A stretch of 64,000 nucleotides of DNA. Source: Escherichia coli. GTDB taxonomy: Bacteria > Pseudomonadota > Gammaproteobacteria > Enterobacterales > Enterobacteriaceae. How positions within the stretch are numbered: position 1 is the first letter of the stretch; each line of letters starts with the position of its first letter. The notes under the pieces were generated by a model. That model ran no database searches. It had not been told where the DNA came from and worked only from the letters and a program-made list of their open reading frames with translations. Position numbers and translations under genes: made by a program. Shown here piece after piece: positions 17,853 to 29,500 of the stretch. The stretch lies in NCBI GenBank assembly GCA_005400705.1, contig GCA_005400705.1_4079.1; one strand, 5' to 3'.

Positions 17853-18317
17853 TTAATATCTATATGGTAAACTGTTGACAAACTGTGTACCTTCACGTAT
17901 ACTTTCCCATAGTGAGTAAAAATCTTTCATTAAGTTTGTGTTAAGTAAAGTATTTTTAGCACCAGGGTGTAATGGTTTAGGCCAAGAACCAATTCTAACC
18001 CAAGCATAACCAGAGCTTTCATGATTTAAAGTCGGTACAAATTCATTCTCAACTACAATAACAAATGAATAATATTTAAATTTACCATTTTTTGTACAAA
18101 ATACGTCAAACGGTATAATATCAATAATGTTAGGTATTGAGTCGCCCAACTCTTCTTTAATTTCTCTCATCAGACCTTGTAATGGTGTTTCGTTATGTTC
18201 AAGCTTTCCACCAACAAATGCCCAGTTGTTAGAATAGGTACTTCTTTCAGAACGCAAGTTTAACATCATATGTCCAGTACTTTTTGATAAAAATATAGCA
18301 CCAACCGCTTCATTCAT
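17853..18317 (-). CDS. Nudix hydrolase
   Basis: 154 aa with Nudix box GGKLEHNETPLQGLMREIKEELG (GX5EX7REUXEEXGU). Confidence 0.85.
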   Translation of the reverse strand: MNEAVGAIFLSKSTGHMMLNLRSERSTYSNNWAFVGGKLEHNETPLQGLMREIKEELGDSIPNIIDIIPFDVFCTKNGKFKYYSFVIVVENEFVPTLNHESSGYAWVRIGSWPKPLHPGAKNTLLNTNLMKDFYSLWESIREGTQFVNSLPYRY

Positions 18318-18330
18318 AACAACACCTCCT

Positions 18331-19674
18331 TTATTTGTCAGTGAAAGTTATTTTCCAATACCCCTGACGATACACAGGCATGATACTTTTATGCCATTTA
18401 AATTTGTCATTATATCTATAATAACCATTGTCTTCTTTATTATAAATGTAATTTCGTACAGTAGATGGATCAATTAATTGTGCACCATCATTTGTAATTT
18501 TAAACAAATAATTTGATGGGATTTCGGTTTCTTTATAAATGATGTTATGTATACTGTTATTTACATAATATTGTTCAGGTAATGCATTTGAAAGTACTGA
18601 ATCTTTCTGCACAAACCCATGTATAGTGTAATCAACAGTATAATTTGTATTATCAAGCTGTACTATAATTTTGTTGGCATCTTCATTTTCACCATAGGAC
18701 GCTATATGACCTTTTAGTGGGTTGTCTTCTTCAATAGATTGTTGAAATTTAATCCCTACTTTTTTATCATCAAAATTTGGTTCTAGATATTTAAGATATT
18801 TTTCCCATGAATATATTCCACCGTTGGGAGAAACCGCTGATAGCGATTGGCTAACCAAGGTAAGTTGGTATGTATCAGGTAAATTATACTTGGAATTAGT
18901 AATTTCTTCAACTTTAATGCATAAGTTCTTTGGTGTAAAAACATCTGTTATTATATCTGAATAATTTCCCATTTCAAAATCAAATTCGTCACGAGCACCT
19001 TTAATATTTGTAGTAATCTGTTGAATTAATTTTGGTTTTTCAACAATAGCTGGCAAAGAAAACCATATTGTCGTTTCAAATGTTAAAACCATTATATCCA
19101 AATCTGGGTCAGTTCCTTGTGGAAAACCACGAGTAGAAAACTGACAATCTATTAGTTCTACATCACTAAGCGATGTCCAATCTAACGGGTTATCAGATAA
19201 TTGAAGTTGTATACTAGGTGCAAACAAAGTTGAGATTTGTTCGAATAATTCCATTTTAGTTTGAGTTTGAGTTACCCAAATATTCAAATCAAACGTAAAA
19301 GTCCAAGGTACTGGGTTATGTCTTACAATTTTGTATTGTGTGTCAAGTTCTTTTGTGTACTCATTAATAGCAGGGGTCTTGTTAGACCCCATTACTATAG
19401 TTTCGTTGGCATTAGAACGAATATTTTTACGATCCAACTTTAGTTGATTAACACTTATGGTCATTATAGGTGCTGATGGGAGAACATTTTCACTATTCCC
19501 ATTTATAATTGCTGCTGCCATTCTTGAAATATCGGCATAGCGACATGGAACCTTTTTGTATTTTGGGTTTCCATTAGCATCAACACCATTTTGTACTTGA
19601 AATTCACCAAAAACTCTGATAAGATGTTTCAGTACTCTGCGAAATTGACCGTCATAATAATAATCTATTTTCAT
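18331..19674 (-). CDS. virion structural protein (baseplate/tail-associated, unassigned)
   Basis: 447-aa ORF translationally coupled (4-bp overlap) to the upstream structural ORF; no motif recognised. Confidence 0.45.
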   Translation of the reverse strand: MKIDYYYDGQFRRVLKHLIRVFGEFQVQNGVDANGNPKYKKVPCRYADISRMAAAIINGNSENVLPSAPIMTISVNQLKLDRKNIRSNANETIVMGSNKTPAINEYTKELDTQYKIVRHNPVPWTFTFDLNIWVTQTQTKMELFEQISTLFAPSIQLQLSDNPLDWTSLSDVELIDCQFSTRGFPQGTDPDLDIMVLTFETTIWFSLPAIVEKPKLIQQITTNIKGARDEFDFEMGNYSDIITDVFTPKNLCIKVEEITNSKYNLPDTYQLTLVSQSLSAVSPNGGIYSWEKYLKYLEPNFDDKKVGIKFQQSIEEDNPLKGHIASYGENEDANKIIVQLDNTNYTVDYTIHGFVQKDSVLSNALPEQYYVNNSIHNIIYKETEIPSNYLFKITNDGAQLIDPSTVRNYIYNKEDNGYYRYNDKFKWHKSIMPVYRQGYWKITFTDK

Positions 19675-21164
19675 TCTGTGTCCTTATGTATGCGATAAAC
19701 AGTATTAGGTTTAACTGCGTCATGTAATGGAACTTTGTTATCACTATTTACAAACTGTGTAAGTGCTAGGTCTGCACCTTCCCACGGTTTTCTTCCACCA
19801 TAATCAAAAATAACCCATGAATTCTTAGTTGCATTGAATTCCCATAACGTAACTGGGGTATAATCGGTACGATAGAAATAGTCACCATCTACTGCATCAG
19901 TCGGGAACATATTTCCTTCAGGGACAGTACCTCGTGCTGGTGGAATTTTAGGACGATAATCTTGTTGGGAATCAATATTACCATATACACAATTGGACGT
20001 GAATGGTTCATTGACATAAGTTACCTTTGGTTCCCCCCACTTGTCATCATTATACTGATAAATGTGTGGTTCTTTATAAAAAATACAAAAATCTTCCACA
20101 TCTTCTGGTGGAACATCACTGGTAGTATATTCTACATCACAATTTAACCATTTTTTAGCACTTTTATCATATTGATACAACGTATAACCTGTTACATCTG
20201 CGTCATTTTCTTTAAAGAAGAAGTCACCATCCATTGGTTTTCTGGGAAAGATAGTTCCACGCTTGACTTCCACAGAAATCCATGTATCATTAACAAACTC
20301 TTTGAGTACTGGGTATGTTTTTTTCAAAAAATACATTCCATCGGCAGGTTCTTCTGGGAAATCATAACCATTAAGCATATATTTTGATAAATCTACAGTA
20401 TCAGGTCGATCATCATACAAATGTTCATTTGTAAAATGAATGTAGGGTACTTCATCATCAGCTTGCATGATGATACGGTTCATGATATCCATTTCATTGC
20501 CATAGTTACTGTTTTCCGACGAACCATCATCGGTATTTCCATTACCATTATTAGGGTCATCTGGATTATCAGGATAATTATTGTTACCGAGTAAATCGGA
20601 GTACTCAGGTGAGTCGGTTAGCGGTTTAACTCTAAGTTTATAAATGTGATGTTGCCACGTAACCGAGTATCCCTCAGATGTACGAAATGCATCTTGGACG
20701 ACATAGAAGCGGTTTAGACCTGTATCTTTACCCAATACATCAAAATCACGTAAATTTGGTAGTTCTATCACATCCCCTGGCATGATTTTTCTACCTAAAC
20801 GCTGCATCATTGTATTATAATGGATTGTGATGTCCATAGTGTTGAAATTAAAGAACAATCCTGGGATTTTCAAGTCTGGAGTTGCTTCTTGAACTTGATA
20901 GACACAACTAAGTGTGATAGCTTCAAGGTTGTAGTTTCTGTTTGGTGTGTCACCAAAAATTAAATCGCCAATACTTGACACAACTGATCCTGAAGATGTA
21001 TAATCACCTCCATAGGATAAGTCAGTGTTGTCAGCAACTTGTTTTGGACCGACATATGCATAAAGCCACATGTCAACTCCACCAATGTTGTATTGTTCAG
21101 CAATGGCAGAATCAATGAACTTGTAATCATTGGTTCTACCTTTTTTCCACATTCTATATGTCAT
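19671..21164 (-). CDS. virion structural protein with three DG-x-(Y/F)F repeats
   Basis: ORF-track 19671..21176 begins with TTG; start moved to ATG 21164 which has a GGAGA RBS; repeated EPADGMYF / KPMDGDFFF / DAVDGDYFY units. Confidence 0.45.
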   Translation of the reverse strand: MTYRMWKKGRTNDYKFIDSAIAEQYNIGGVDMWLYAYVGPKQVADNTDLSYGGDYTSSGSVVSSIGDLIFGDTPNRNYNLEAITLSCVYQVQEATPDLKIPGLFFNFNTMDITIHYNTMMQRLGRKIMPGDVIELPNLRDFDVLGKDTGLNRFYVVQDAFRTSEGYSVTWQHHIYKLRVKPLTDSPEYSDLLGNNNYPDNPDDPNNGNGNTDDGSSENSNYGNEMDIMNRIIMQADDEVPYIHFTNEHLYDDRPDTVDLSKYMLNGYDFPEEPADGMYFLKKTYPVLKEFVNDTWISVEVKRGTIFPRKPMDGDFFFKENDADVTGYTLYQYDKSAKKWLNCDVEYTTSDVPPEDVEDFCIFYKEPHIYQYNDDKWGEPKVTYVNEPFTSNCVYGNIDSQQDYRPKIPPARGTVPEGNMFPTDAVDGDYFYRTDYTPVTLWEFNATKNSWVIFDYGGRKPWEGADLALTQFVNSDNKVPLHDAVKPNTVYRIHKDTE

Positions 21165-21206
21165 GATTGTCTCCAAAATAAATCGGGTATATCTTTATTT
21201 ACCTTG

Positions 21207-21234
21207 TAGACAAACCGTAAGAATGTGATATAAT
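21207..21234 (+). promoter_or_regulatory. sigma70-type early promoter (TAGACA-N16-TGaTATAAT)
   Basis: -35-like TAGACA 21207-21212, 16-nt spacer, extended -10 TGaTATAAT 21226-21234, about 40 nt upstream of the clpA-like start. Confidence 0.6.
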
Positions 21235-21274
21235 GTTTATTAATTAGAGTGACGTGAATCACATAGGAGAATAC

Positions 21275-23563
21275 ATGAATCTTACTCAATTGTTCAAAAA
21301 AAGCGACGAACTGGCAACATCTCTAGGTCATACATTCTTGACTATTGACCACGTAAGTGCCACAGTACTGACTATTGATAGCATCAAGAACGTATTTGAA
21401 GATATGAACATTGATGCAGACAAACTGCACAACCGCCTAATGAACTATCTTAAAAATACAACAGTTCCACATGCACCAAAAAGTGTTAAAGATGAAGACG
21501 CGAATCGCACTTCACTTCTAGTGAATCGCGTTGTACATGAGCTTTCAAAAAAATCAGTTATTGAACAACTAAAAAGTGATGATTTTTCGATTGATGCATA
21601 TTTTGTTCTATTCGAATGTCTGTCTTTCCCTAACACAGCACTAGAAGCTGCGTTAAAAGAAGAAGGTGTTAGCTGTACTGAAGCTGCACGTGCATTACAG
21701 AAACACGTTGAGTCACTTGATAAGGGTATCAACTTACAAAGTATTAATGACGAACCGATTGGAGATAAAAAAGTGGCCCAACAGCAGCAATCATCTAAAC
21801 AAAAAGGTTTGGAAGACTATACAACGAATCTAACTGCTCTTGCAAAAGAAGGCAAACTAGATCCTATGATTGGTCGCCAGAAAGAATTGTCTGCATTGAT
21901 TGAGACTCTTGCTCGCAAAACCAAAAAGAATGCTATTCTCACTGGTGAAGCTGGTGTAGGTAAAACACAAATCATCGACGGGCTTGCACAAGCTATTGCT
22001 GATGGTAACGTACCTGAACACTTGAAAGACGTTGAAATTCTTTCACTAAATGTTGGTGCATTGACTGCTGGTACTAAGTATCGTGGTGAGTTTGAAGAAC
22101 GCATCGACAATTTGCTAAAAGAACTAAAGAAACGTGAAAATACTATTGTTTTCATTGATGAAATTCATATTATGGTTGGGGCTGGTTCCGCAAGTAATGG
22201 TTCTATGGACATGAGCAATATGCTTAAGCCAGCACTTTCACGTGGTGAGATTCGTGTAATTGGTGCAACAACATATGATGAATATCGTAAAAATATCGAG
22301 AAAGATAGTGCATTAACTCGTCGTTTTATGAAAATTGACGTAGTTGAGCCGACAATTGATGAAACTCGTGCAATTGTTAATGGTTTGAAACCAACGTATG
22401 AAAAATTCCATAATGTTGAGTTCACATCTGATGCAATGGATGCTGTAATTTCTCTCAGTGATAAATTCCTGAAGAATAAGCACTTCCCAGATAAAGCAAT
22501 TGATCTAATGGACGCTGCTGCTGCAAAAGTTCGTTCACGTGACAACAATAGTAAGCTTATTACTGCCAATTTGATTCAAGAAGTTGTTGCTGGTATTGCC
22601 AATTTGGATATCAACGTGGTTGCATGTACTGAAAGTGATCGTATGCGTAATCTACCAGATGCACTACGCTCACGTGTATACGGTCAAGAGGAAGCTATTC
22701 AAAAATTAGTTGATAACGTGATGGTAGCTCGTGCAGGACTGCGTGACAAATCTAGTGTTCAGGGTGCATTTATGTTTGTTGGACCATCTGGCACTGGTAA
22801 AACAGAAATTACCAAAGCATTAGCAGATGCAACTGGTGCGGAACTGATTCGCTTTGATATGTCAGAATTTTCTCAAGAACATACTGTTTCTAAACTAATT
22901 GGTTCACCTCCAGGTTATGTTGGTCATGATTCTGGTAACGGTTTACTGTTGGATAAAATTGAGCAGTTCCCTAATGCAGTACTGTTACTTGATGAAATTG
23001 AAAAAGCAGATCGTAAAGTCCTACTAACCTTCCTACAGGTTTTGGATGAAGGTCGCCTGACTGGTTCACAAGGTAAAACTGTATATTTTAATAACGTAAC
23101 TGTTATTATGACTACAAACCTTGGTGCAGCAGATTCAACGAAGCGTAGTATTGGTATGAGCGGTAGTGATACTGCACAAGACAAGGCAATTAAAGCATTC
23201 TTGCCACCAGAGTTCATTAACCGTATTGATAGTATCGTTACGTTTAAAGACCTAAGCAGTGAAGCTATTGACAGCATCATTGATAAGTTCATGGGCAGTT
23301 TGAATGAACAAGTCAAAGACCGCAATGTTAAAGTTACATTGACAAAAGCTGCACGTGAATGGCTTGCGAAAAATGGGGTAAAAGTTGGCATGGGTGCACG
23401 TCCAATGAAACGTACCATTGAACAAAACATTCGTGTACCACTAGCTAAAGAAATGTTGTGTGGTTCACTTGTTAATGGTGGAAACATTACATTTGATGTT
23501 ATTGATGGTAAAATCGGTATTAAACCGAAACGTTCCAAAGCTGTAGATAAAGCACTGGCATAA
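21275..23563 (+). CDS. clpA: ClpA-type two-ring AAA+ unfoldase (Clp ATPase)
   Basis: Clp N-domain; D1 Walker [10 protein letters not shown]1 pore loop [10 protein letters not shown]1 Walker B IVFIDEIH; D2 Walker [10 protein letters not shown]2 pore loop GYVGHD, D2 Walker [10 protein letters not shown]; long colinear similarity to E. coli ClpA as recalled from memory; start set at ATG 21275 (AGGAGA RBS) rather than the GTG at 21254. Confidence 0.9.
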   Translation: MNLTQLFKKSDELATSLGHTFLTIDHVSATVLTIDSIKNVFEDMNIDADKLHNRLMNYLKNTTVPHAPKSVKDEDANRTSLLVNRVVHELSKKSVIEQLKSDDFSIDAYFVLFECLSFPNTALEAALKEEGVSCTEAARALQKHVESLDKGINLQSINDEPIGDKKVAQQQQSSKQKGLEDYTTNLTALAKEGKLDPMIGRQKELSALIETLARKTKKNAILTGEAGVGKTQIIDGLAQAIADGNVPEHLKDVEILSLNVGALTAGTKYRGEFEERIDNLLKELKKRENTIVFIDEIHIMVGAGSASNGSMDMSNMLKPALSRGEIRVIGATTYDEYRKNIEKDSALTRRFMKIDVVEPTIDETRAIVNGLKPTYEKFHNVEFTSDAMDAVISLSDKFLKNKHFPDKAIDLMDAAAAKVRSRDNNSKLITANLIQEVVAGIANLDINVVACTESDRMRNLPDALRSRVYGQEEAIQKLVDNVMVARAGLRDKSSVQGAFMFVGPSGTGKTEITKALADATGAELIRFDMSEFSQEHTVSKLIGSPPGYVGHDSGNGLLLDKIEQFPNAVLLLDEIEKADRKVLLTFLQVLDEGRLTGSQGKTVYFNNVTVIMTTNLGAADSTKRSIGMSGSDTAQDKAIKAFLPPEFINRIDSIVTFKDLSSEAIDSIIDKFMGSLNEQVKDRNVKVTLTKAAREWLAKNGVKVGMGARPMKRTIEQNIRVPLAKEMLCGSLVNGGNITFDVIDGKIGIKPKRSKAVDKALA

Positions 23564-23565
23564 AA

Positions 23566-23598
23566 AAGAAAAGGAGAGCAATATGCTCTCCTTTTTTA
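23566..23598. terminator. bidirectional intrinsic terminator
   Basis: AAGGAGAGC / GCTCTCCTT inverted repeat followed by TTTTTATT between convergent clpA-like and giant baseplate genes. Confidence 0.75.
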
Positions 23599-26500
23599 TT
23601 ACTTAACTAATAATATATTTTTAATATCATTACCACTAACTTGTAGACTATCAGTGTATACTGAAAGATCTATAGTGTAACTATTTTGTGTGTAACGTTT
23701 TAACATATCATAATTACCTAAATTAATTCCATTGAAAGAATATGTAGTATTAAGTTTAAAATCATGTTCTGCACTATACATTACACCACGGAGTAAATTA
23801 TTTGCATTTCTAACTTCAACTTTTTCATATCCAATCGATATAATATCATTCATGTTCGCGGCTGAACCGGATAAAACATTATTTCTAATACTATAAGGAC
23901 TTATTGATTTAGGTTGAGAAACATAGGTTGTATTTTCTTCACTAATGGTTGTGATGTTAGTAACAGTACCACCAACAACACCGATATACATACCGTCAAC
24001 CATTGGGAATCCATAAACCCATATCCCTTCATTATTTCTAAACGGTTGAATAACACTTGAATCATATTCAATAACGTTGATTTCTAAACTATCAGTCATT
24101 TTAGTTCTTGCTAATTCACTAAGAACTCCCGCACCAGTAATTGGTAGGTTATAACCGTTGTCGATAGTAATTCCATCAACATCAAATATTTCGTTAGAGA
24201 TTATCCAAACGTCAACGTCATCTGGTGTTATTCCGTCATTGTACTTACCACCATTTAAAGTAGTATCGTAGAAAACATCATAATTAATTACATCAATTGT
24301 GTAATTTCTATTTTGTTCGTACAATTTGATACCATTCTTCACAAATTCTGGGTCAGCAAATGTTCTAACACGAACAATGTTCAATGCAAGAGGCTGTACT
24401 GGCTCATTTTGTTGTGCAAGAGTGATATTATCATAACGGAGAACTGTACCAGTACTCTCATCAATCAATTCAATCGTTTCTTTACCTGTATTTCTTACAG
24501 TGAATAGGATCGGAGTTGTATTGTTTTTGATGTTAGATACACGCAAGATTGTTTCCCATGTGTGATTTTGATATCTCACAAAATCTTCACCATCAGGAGT
24601 GAAAATCATCACCTTATCACCATCAGATAGGTCATTGTCAACTATTTCTGCTTCAGTTAAGCTATTAATAGATCTCACACGATAGAAATATTTTTCATCA
24701 AACTTCGATGTTGTTTTATTAATATCATTTTCAATCTTAGCATATGAAGGAATACTTACAATTGCTTCTGTATGTTTATATGGATTGATAATTGCCATAC
24801 CTTCAGTTTGATATCTGCTGTTATCACGTAATTGTACAAGAGATACATTGTCAAACCCATATCCATCAACTGTAAATCTAATTTGACCTACATCACGCCC
24901 AGAAGGGTTTATGTCAGATATATCCACAATATAAGGATCAACTTCATCATCTTTAACTTCCCATTTTATTGAAGAAGTTTGAGATTCCAATGCTAGGTTA
25001 TCAAATGCATTCATATCATTGAAGTACTTAGCTTCAGTAATACTATCAAGTATATATTGATAATCAGAATACATTGGATTATTTTGATCTAGTGGTAAAT
25101 CATCAAGATTTATTTCAGCTAGTTCAACCATTTCACCATTTGTGATAAAATAATCTTCCATGAAATCATCAATACTTTGTTCATCAGGTATACTTTGATA
25201 TACACCGTTAACATTTAAGTAAACATATTTTCGTGGAATCATTGTAATTGCATAGATATCAATTGGGGTCTTACTAAGAATCTCTTCAGCTTTTTCGTAC
25301 TTATCAGTAGCGTCTTTGTCGAATAACCCTCTCATACCTGCTAATACGTGAATAGCATCAGTATAGAAACGGGTATCACCACCTACTTCATCATAACGAT
25401 AAACATATACACCATACTCAACTTCAAGTTTAACTTTTACTTCATAGTCTGATGCGTCAGGATTTTTATCTTTAATTAATGAAATGTATTTTTGATACAA
25501 TTCACTGCTTATTTCAAAATATCCATAGTTATAATCATTACTAGAAGAAAAGCCTAATGGAAGTCTAGTACTAGGATTGTCATTATAAGTAAGTCCACTA
25601 AATCCACATCCAACTTCATCGTGAATTTTCTCATCACTTATATCTTTATAAAGTTTCAAACGGTTTGCCAATGTGTTATACTGAACATATTGTCTAAGGT
25701 CAGTAAACATATCGTTATGCGTTGATTCTTTATAAACACGTTCCAATGTAGCAGTGAATTCATCAGTTGCTTCTAAATCTTCCGCATGGTCTTTATACCA
25801 CTGGTTAACGCCATATGCTGTTCCTAGTGTTACATCCAATTCTGGATAGTAGATTTGCATTTGATAAGCAATAAGAAGATCGAAAGTTTCTTCACTATAT
25901 TCTGGGAAAGAATATATATAACGTTGTAATTCATAGTTACTAACAGCATCCTTTTCATTGGATTGATATTTGTTATTAACACTTACTAATTCATTTATGC
26001 TTGCCAAATCTTCATTTGGTTTACACTGAATATTATCATAATGCATAATAATATCAATTTCTTGGAATCTTCTATTTGGTGTAACGAAATCACTTGGTAG
26101 TGAACCTACCTGTTCCCATTTTTGGGTAATTTCATTAAATTGAGCGTACTCATAATCCCAAATATCTTTTTCAGTTTTGATCCAAGAACCATCAACGAAA
26201 ATATATCCATTAGGATCTAAATCATTACATAGACCTTTTATTAAATCATCATCAGATGTCTTTTGCTCTATTTGTGAACGAATTTTAGTTCTATAAGGTT
26301 TAACTTCTTCAAAATATTCAACAATTTGATTAATCAAATTATCGTTTGAATAGTTTTGAACTAATGATTGTTCCAAACCAACAATATAGATATATGATGT
26401 TTTAAATACCCAATCCACAACACTTTGTTCAACATGTACATATTTGACCATATCAAAAACAATTTCGCTTTGATGTAAATCGAAAGAATTTTTGAGTAAA

Positions 26501-29500
26501 GCTAGTGCTTTACGAACGTTGATTTCACGATTGCTTAGTGAACCATTATCATTATGAACACTATAATCTGCGTAAAGCATATCATTGAGTTCAACTGTAC
26601 TGTTTTCACGACCAATCGCTTTCCAATAAATTGAATCGCGTGATTGTGATTTAATATACAATGTCCAAATGTTTTCACTATCGGTAACTCTGATAATATC
26701 GCCAACTTGGTAGTTTTTAGTATTAGCATCTTCTAAGCTTGACTCTTGAGTATAAGTCGTGTTACTATCATACCCAACATCATACCAATCAGCATATGAC
26801 CAGTACTGAGTCATGTCCAATGAAGTTCCTAGTGATTCAACATAATCAGATTGTTTAATCATTTTATGTTGTCCCTCACCTTTGTTCTCTAACGTTATAG
26901 TAACAACACTACCCGCGTTTGCTGGACTATTCATTAACTGAATATATCCATTTTCGTCGAAGTGAATAAAATAAACAGCACTAGAAGTTAATGGATTTGG
27001 TAGATATCCACTAGTACTTAAAATAACAGCGTCATTTTCTTTAAATTTATCACTTTCAACTGCAATAACTAATTCATTATTGTAAGACAATACACGGAAA
27101 GAAACTTCATTCGGATTAACTTCAGTGGTTTTAACATTAAACACATCTTCCATAACAACACTATTAGTGGTTATGTTTTGTGACCTATAATAATTATTAG
27201 CACTTTCTACAAAGTTTCTACGAGCTTCTATAACATTTTGGAACCAAGTTTTGTTTGATCCTAAACCGTTATCAACATCTGGATATAATAAATTAATCAC
27301 AGAACCTGATTCAGTTGTTTCTTGACCAATTAGTGAGTTCCACATTGAATCCCAAATTAGTGGGTTAAAGTTATAGCTGTCACCTTCTTTACATAGTTGA
27401 TACTGGTCATGTTTAACAACTTCAGTACTATCCATGTAATAAGAAACAGTTAAAATACTAGTATCATCATTCACTTTAAATTGCATATTACTAAGAATAA
27501 ACGAGTTTTCATTGATTGGAGCGAACCAAGGAATGTTTAGCTGTGTTGGATCTTTAATAATACGAGCAATGTCAGTACATGATTTTGTTCTGGTATGTAG
27601 TGGTGGTACATAAATTGTATCACGTACCCAGAAATAGTATTTTGTCACATAACTATCAGTTGAACTATCATATTCCAAAAATGTACTATAATTATCTTCA
27701 AGTGCAGTTCCACTTGGTAGATACATAGTATTATTTTTGTTTTTCTTAGCAACATCTTTACAGTATTTGTCCCAGTTATATGGCTCAACTGGTGAACAAA
27801 CCCACTCTAACACATCAATTGTACTATGTGGTAATAAACGACCCCAGTTGTAACGTTTGTATTCATTTGTTGCATCAATGTCAACATTACCGTCTGCGTC
27901 ATAAATTGCACGAGTATAATCCAAATAAAATGCAGTGCTAGTGTTCCACCATACTTGACCAACTTTATCAGCACCCCAAGCTTGGATTAACTCTCCATTA
28001 CTATTATACTGTGCAGGATCAACTGGTGAAGTATATGTTACGTTTTGCATAGCCGCACCTGGAATAACACCATTAATTGGGTCATAAACGTTTAGATATA
28101 ACTCAGTAATGTTAGTACGTTCGTCATATGTCGTTGGACGATCAAATAAAGTACTTTGTGGTGCTTTAAAACTATATTTCTTGTCAATGTAAGCTTGACG
28201 TTCATCAGTACTGACAAAACGTGATACATAACGATACAAACGTGGGCGTGTATCTGGATCAGTAAATTCAATATCAATAGAAGTGTCAAATGGAACTACC
28301 ATAACTTTAGGATCAGAACCAGCAGTATAATATTGACTTTCTACTGTTAAAGTATCTGGCATAAAGTTAGTTTCATCAACAAAATAATAATAATCACCAT
28401 CTTCAAGTGGTACATTATCAGTTAATGTTACTTTACAAAATTGTTCAGCATACACATCGGTATTTTCAATAGGTGTTATAGAAACCATTTGTACATTAGT
28501 ATCAACCAATTCAAAAATGTTCCACAAACCATTACCGTCTTTAAACATCCACACAGATTCAGGATTTTCACCTTTACCATTAGTATAAGTTATGCGGTCA
28601 TTATATGCAGTACTGAAATCTTTTGTTGTGTACGATACTTCATCCAATGTTACTGGACCAATATCTGGAAGTTGGATATTTTCACTTCTTCCACTACGCA
28701 TTGGGAATGAGAACTTACCATTTGGACGTGTAATCCAACGAGGATCTTTACCCTGCTCACCGAAGTATACAATATGATTACCATTACCATTTGAAGTTGC
28801 ATTTACATCAAAAGAAACCATTTGAGGTTGTTGTTTAAATTGGTCATTAATCAATTTAAATTGAAGATTTTTCTTACCATCAATATTACCATATGTACCA
28901 ATTTTAAATGCCCATTCTTGTAATGCTTTATATTCATCTGTGTCATATGATTTAGAAACACGAAGTACACGTTCTAAAACTTGGTTAGTACCTTTATCAT
29001 GAATGAATCCTTTATAGAAATCAACACGACTAACATCACTACTAATCATACGCTGTAGATAATCACGAGATTGATAACCAATCAAATGGTTTGACAACTC
29101 TTGTAATTGTACATCACTTACTGGAGTTTCACTATCATAATAATGTTGGAAATCCGACACTAATTTTTCAAATGATGGTAGTGTTCCAGCTTCCAAGATA
29201 ATAAATCCAGGAGCTTGTAGACGACCAGTCCATGAACCAGTAATGTAGCCATACATTTTAATTAATTCTTGAATAGAACCATAAGTTGGCTGATAGATAT
29301 AATCACCAAAAATAGTCTTATCATCAAAAATAACAGCATGTTCATATGAACACAAACTTAAACGAATTAATGCTATACGTTTATTGGATTCTAAAGTTCT
29401 AACAGTAAAGATATTACCAATACGAGAAGTTTCAATTTCATATTGACGTATACCTTGGTTGTTATCATCAAGTAATGACCACACACCACCGTTATTTTGT

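Noticed and set aside
21445-23538. Four minus-strand ORFs (95-204 aa) inside the clpA-like gene
   Set aside because: Antisense to a gene with unambiguous AAA+ motifs; Ser/Arg-rich composition typical of antisense frames.
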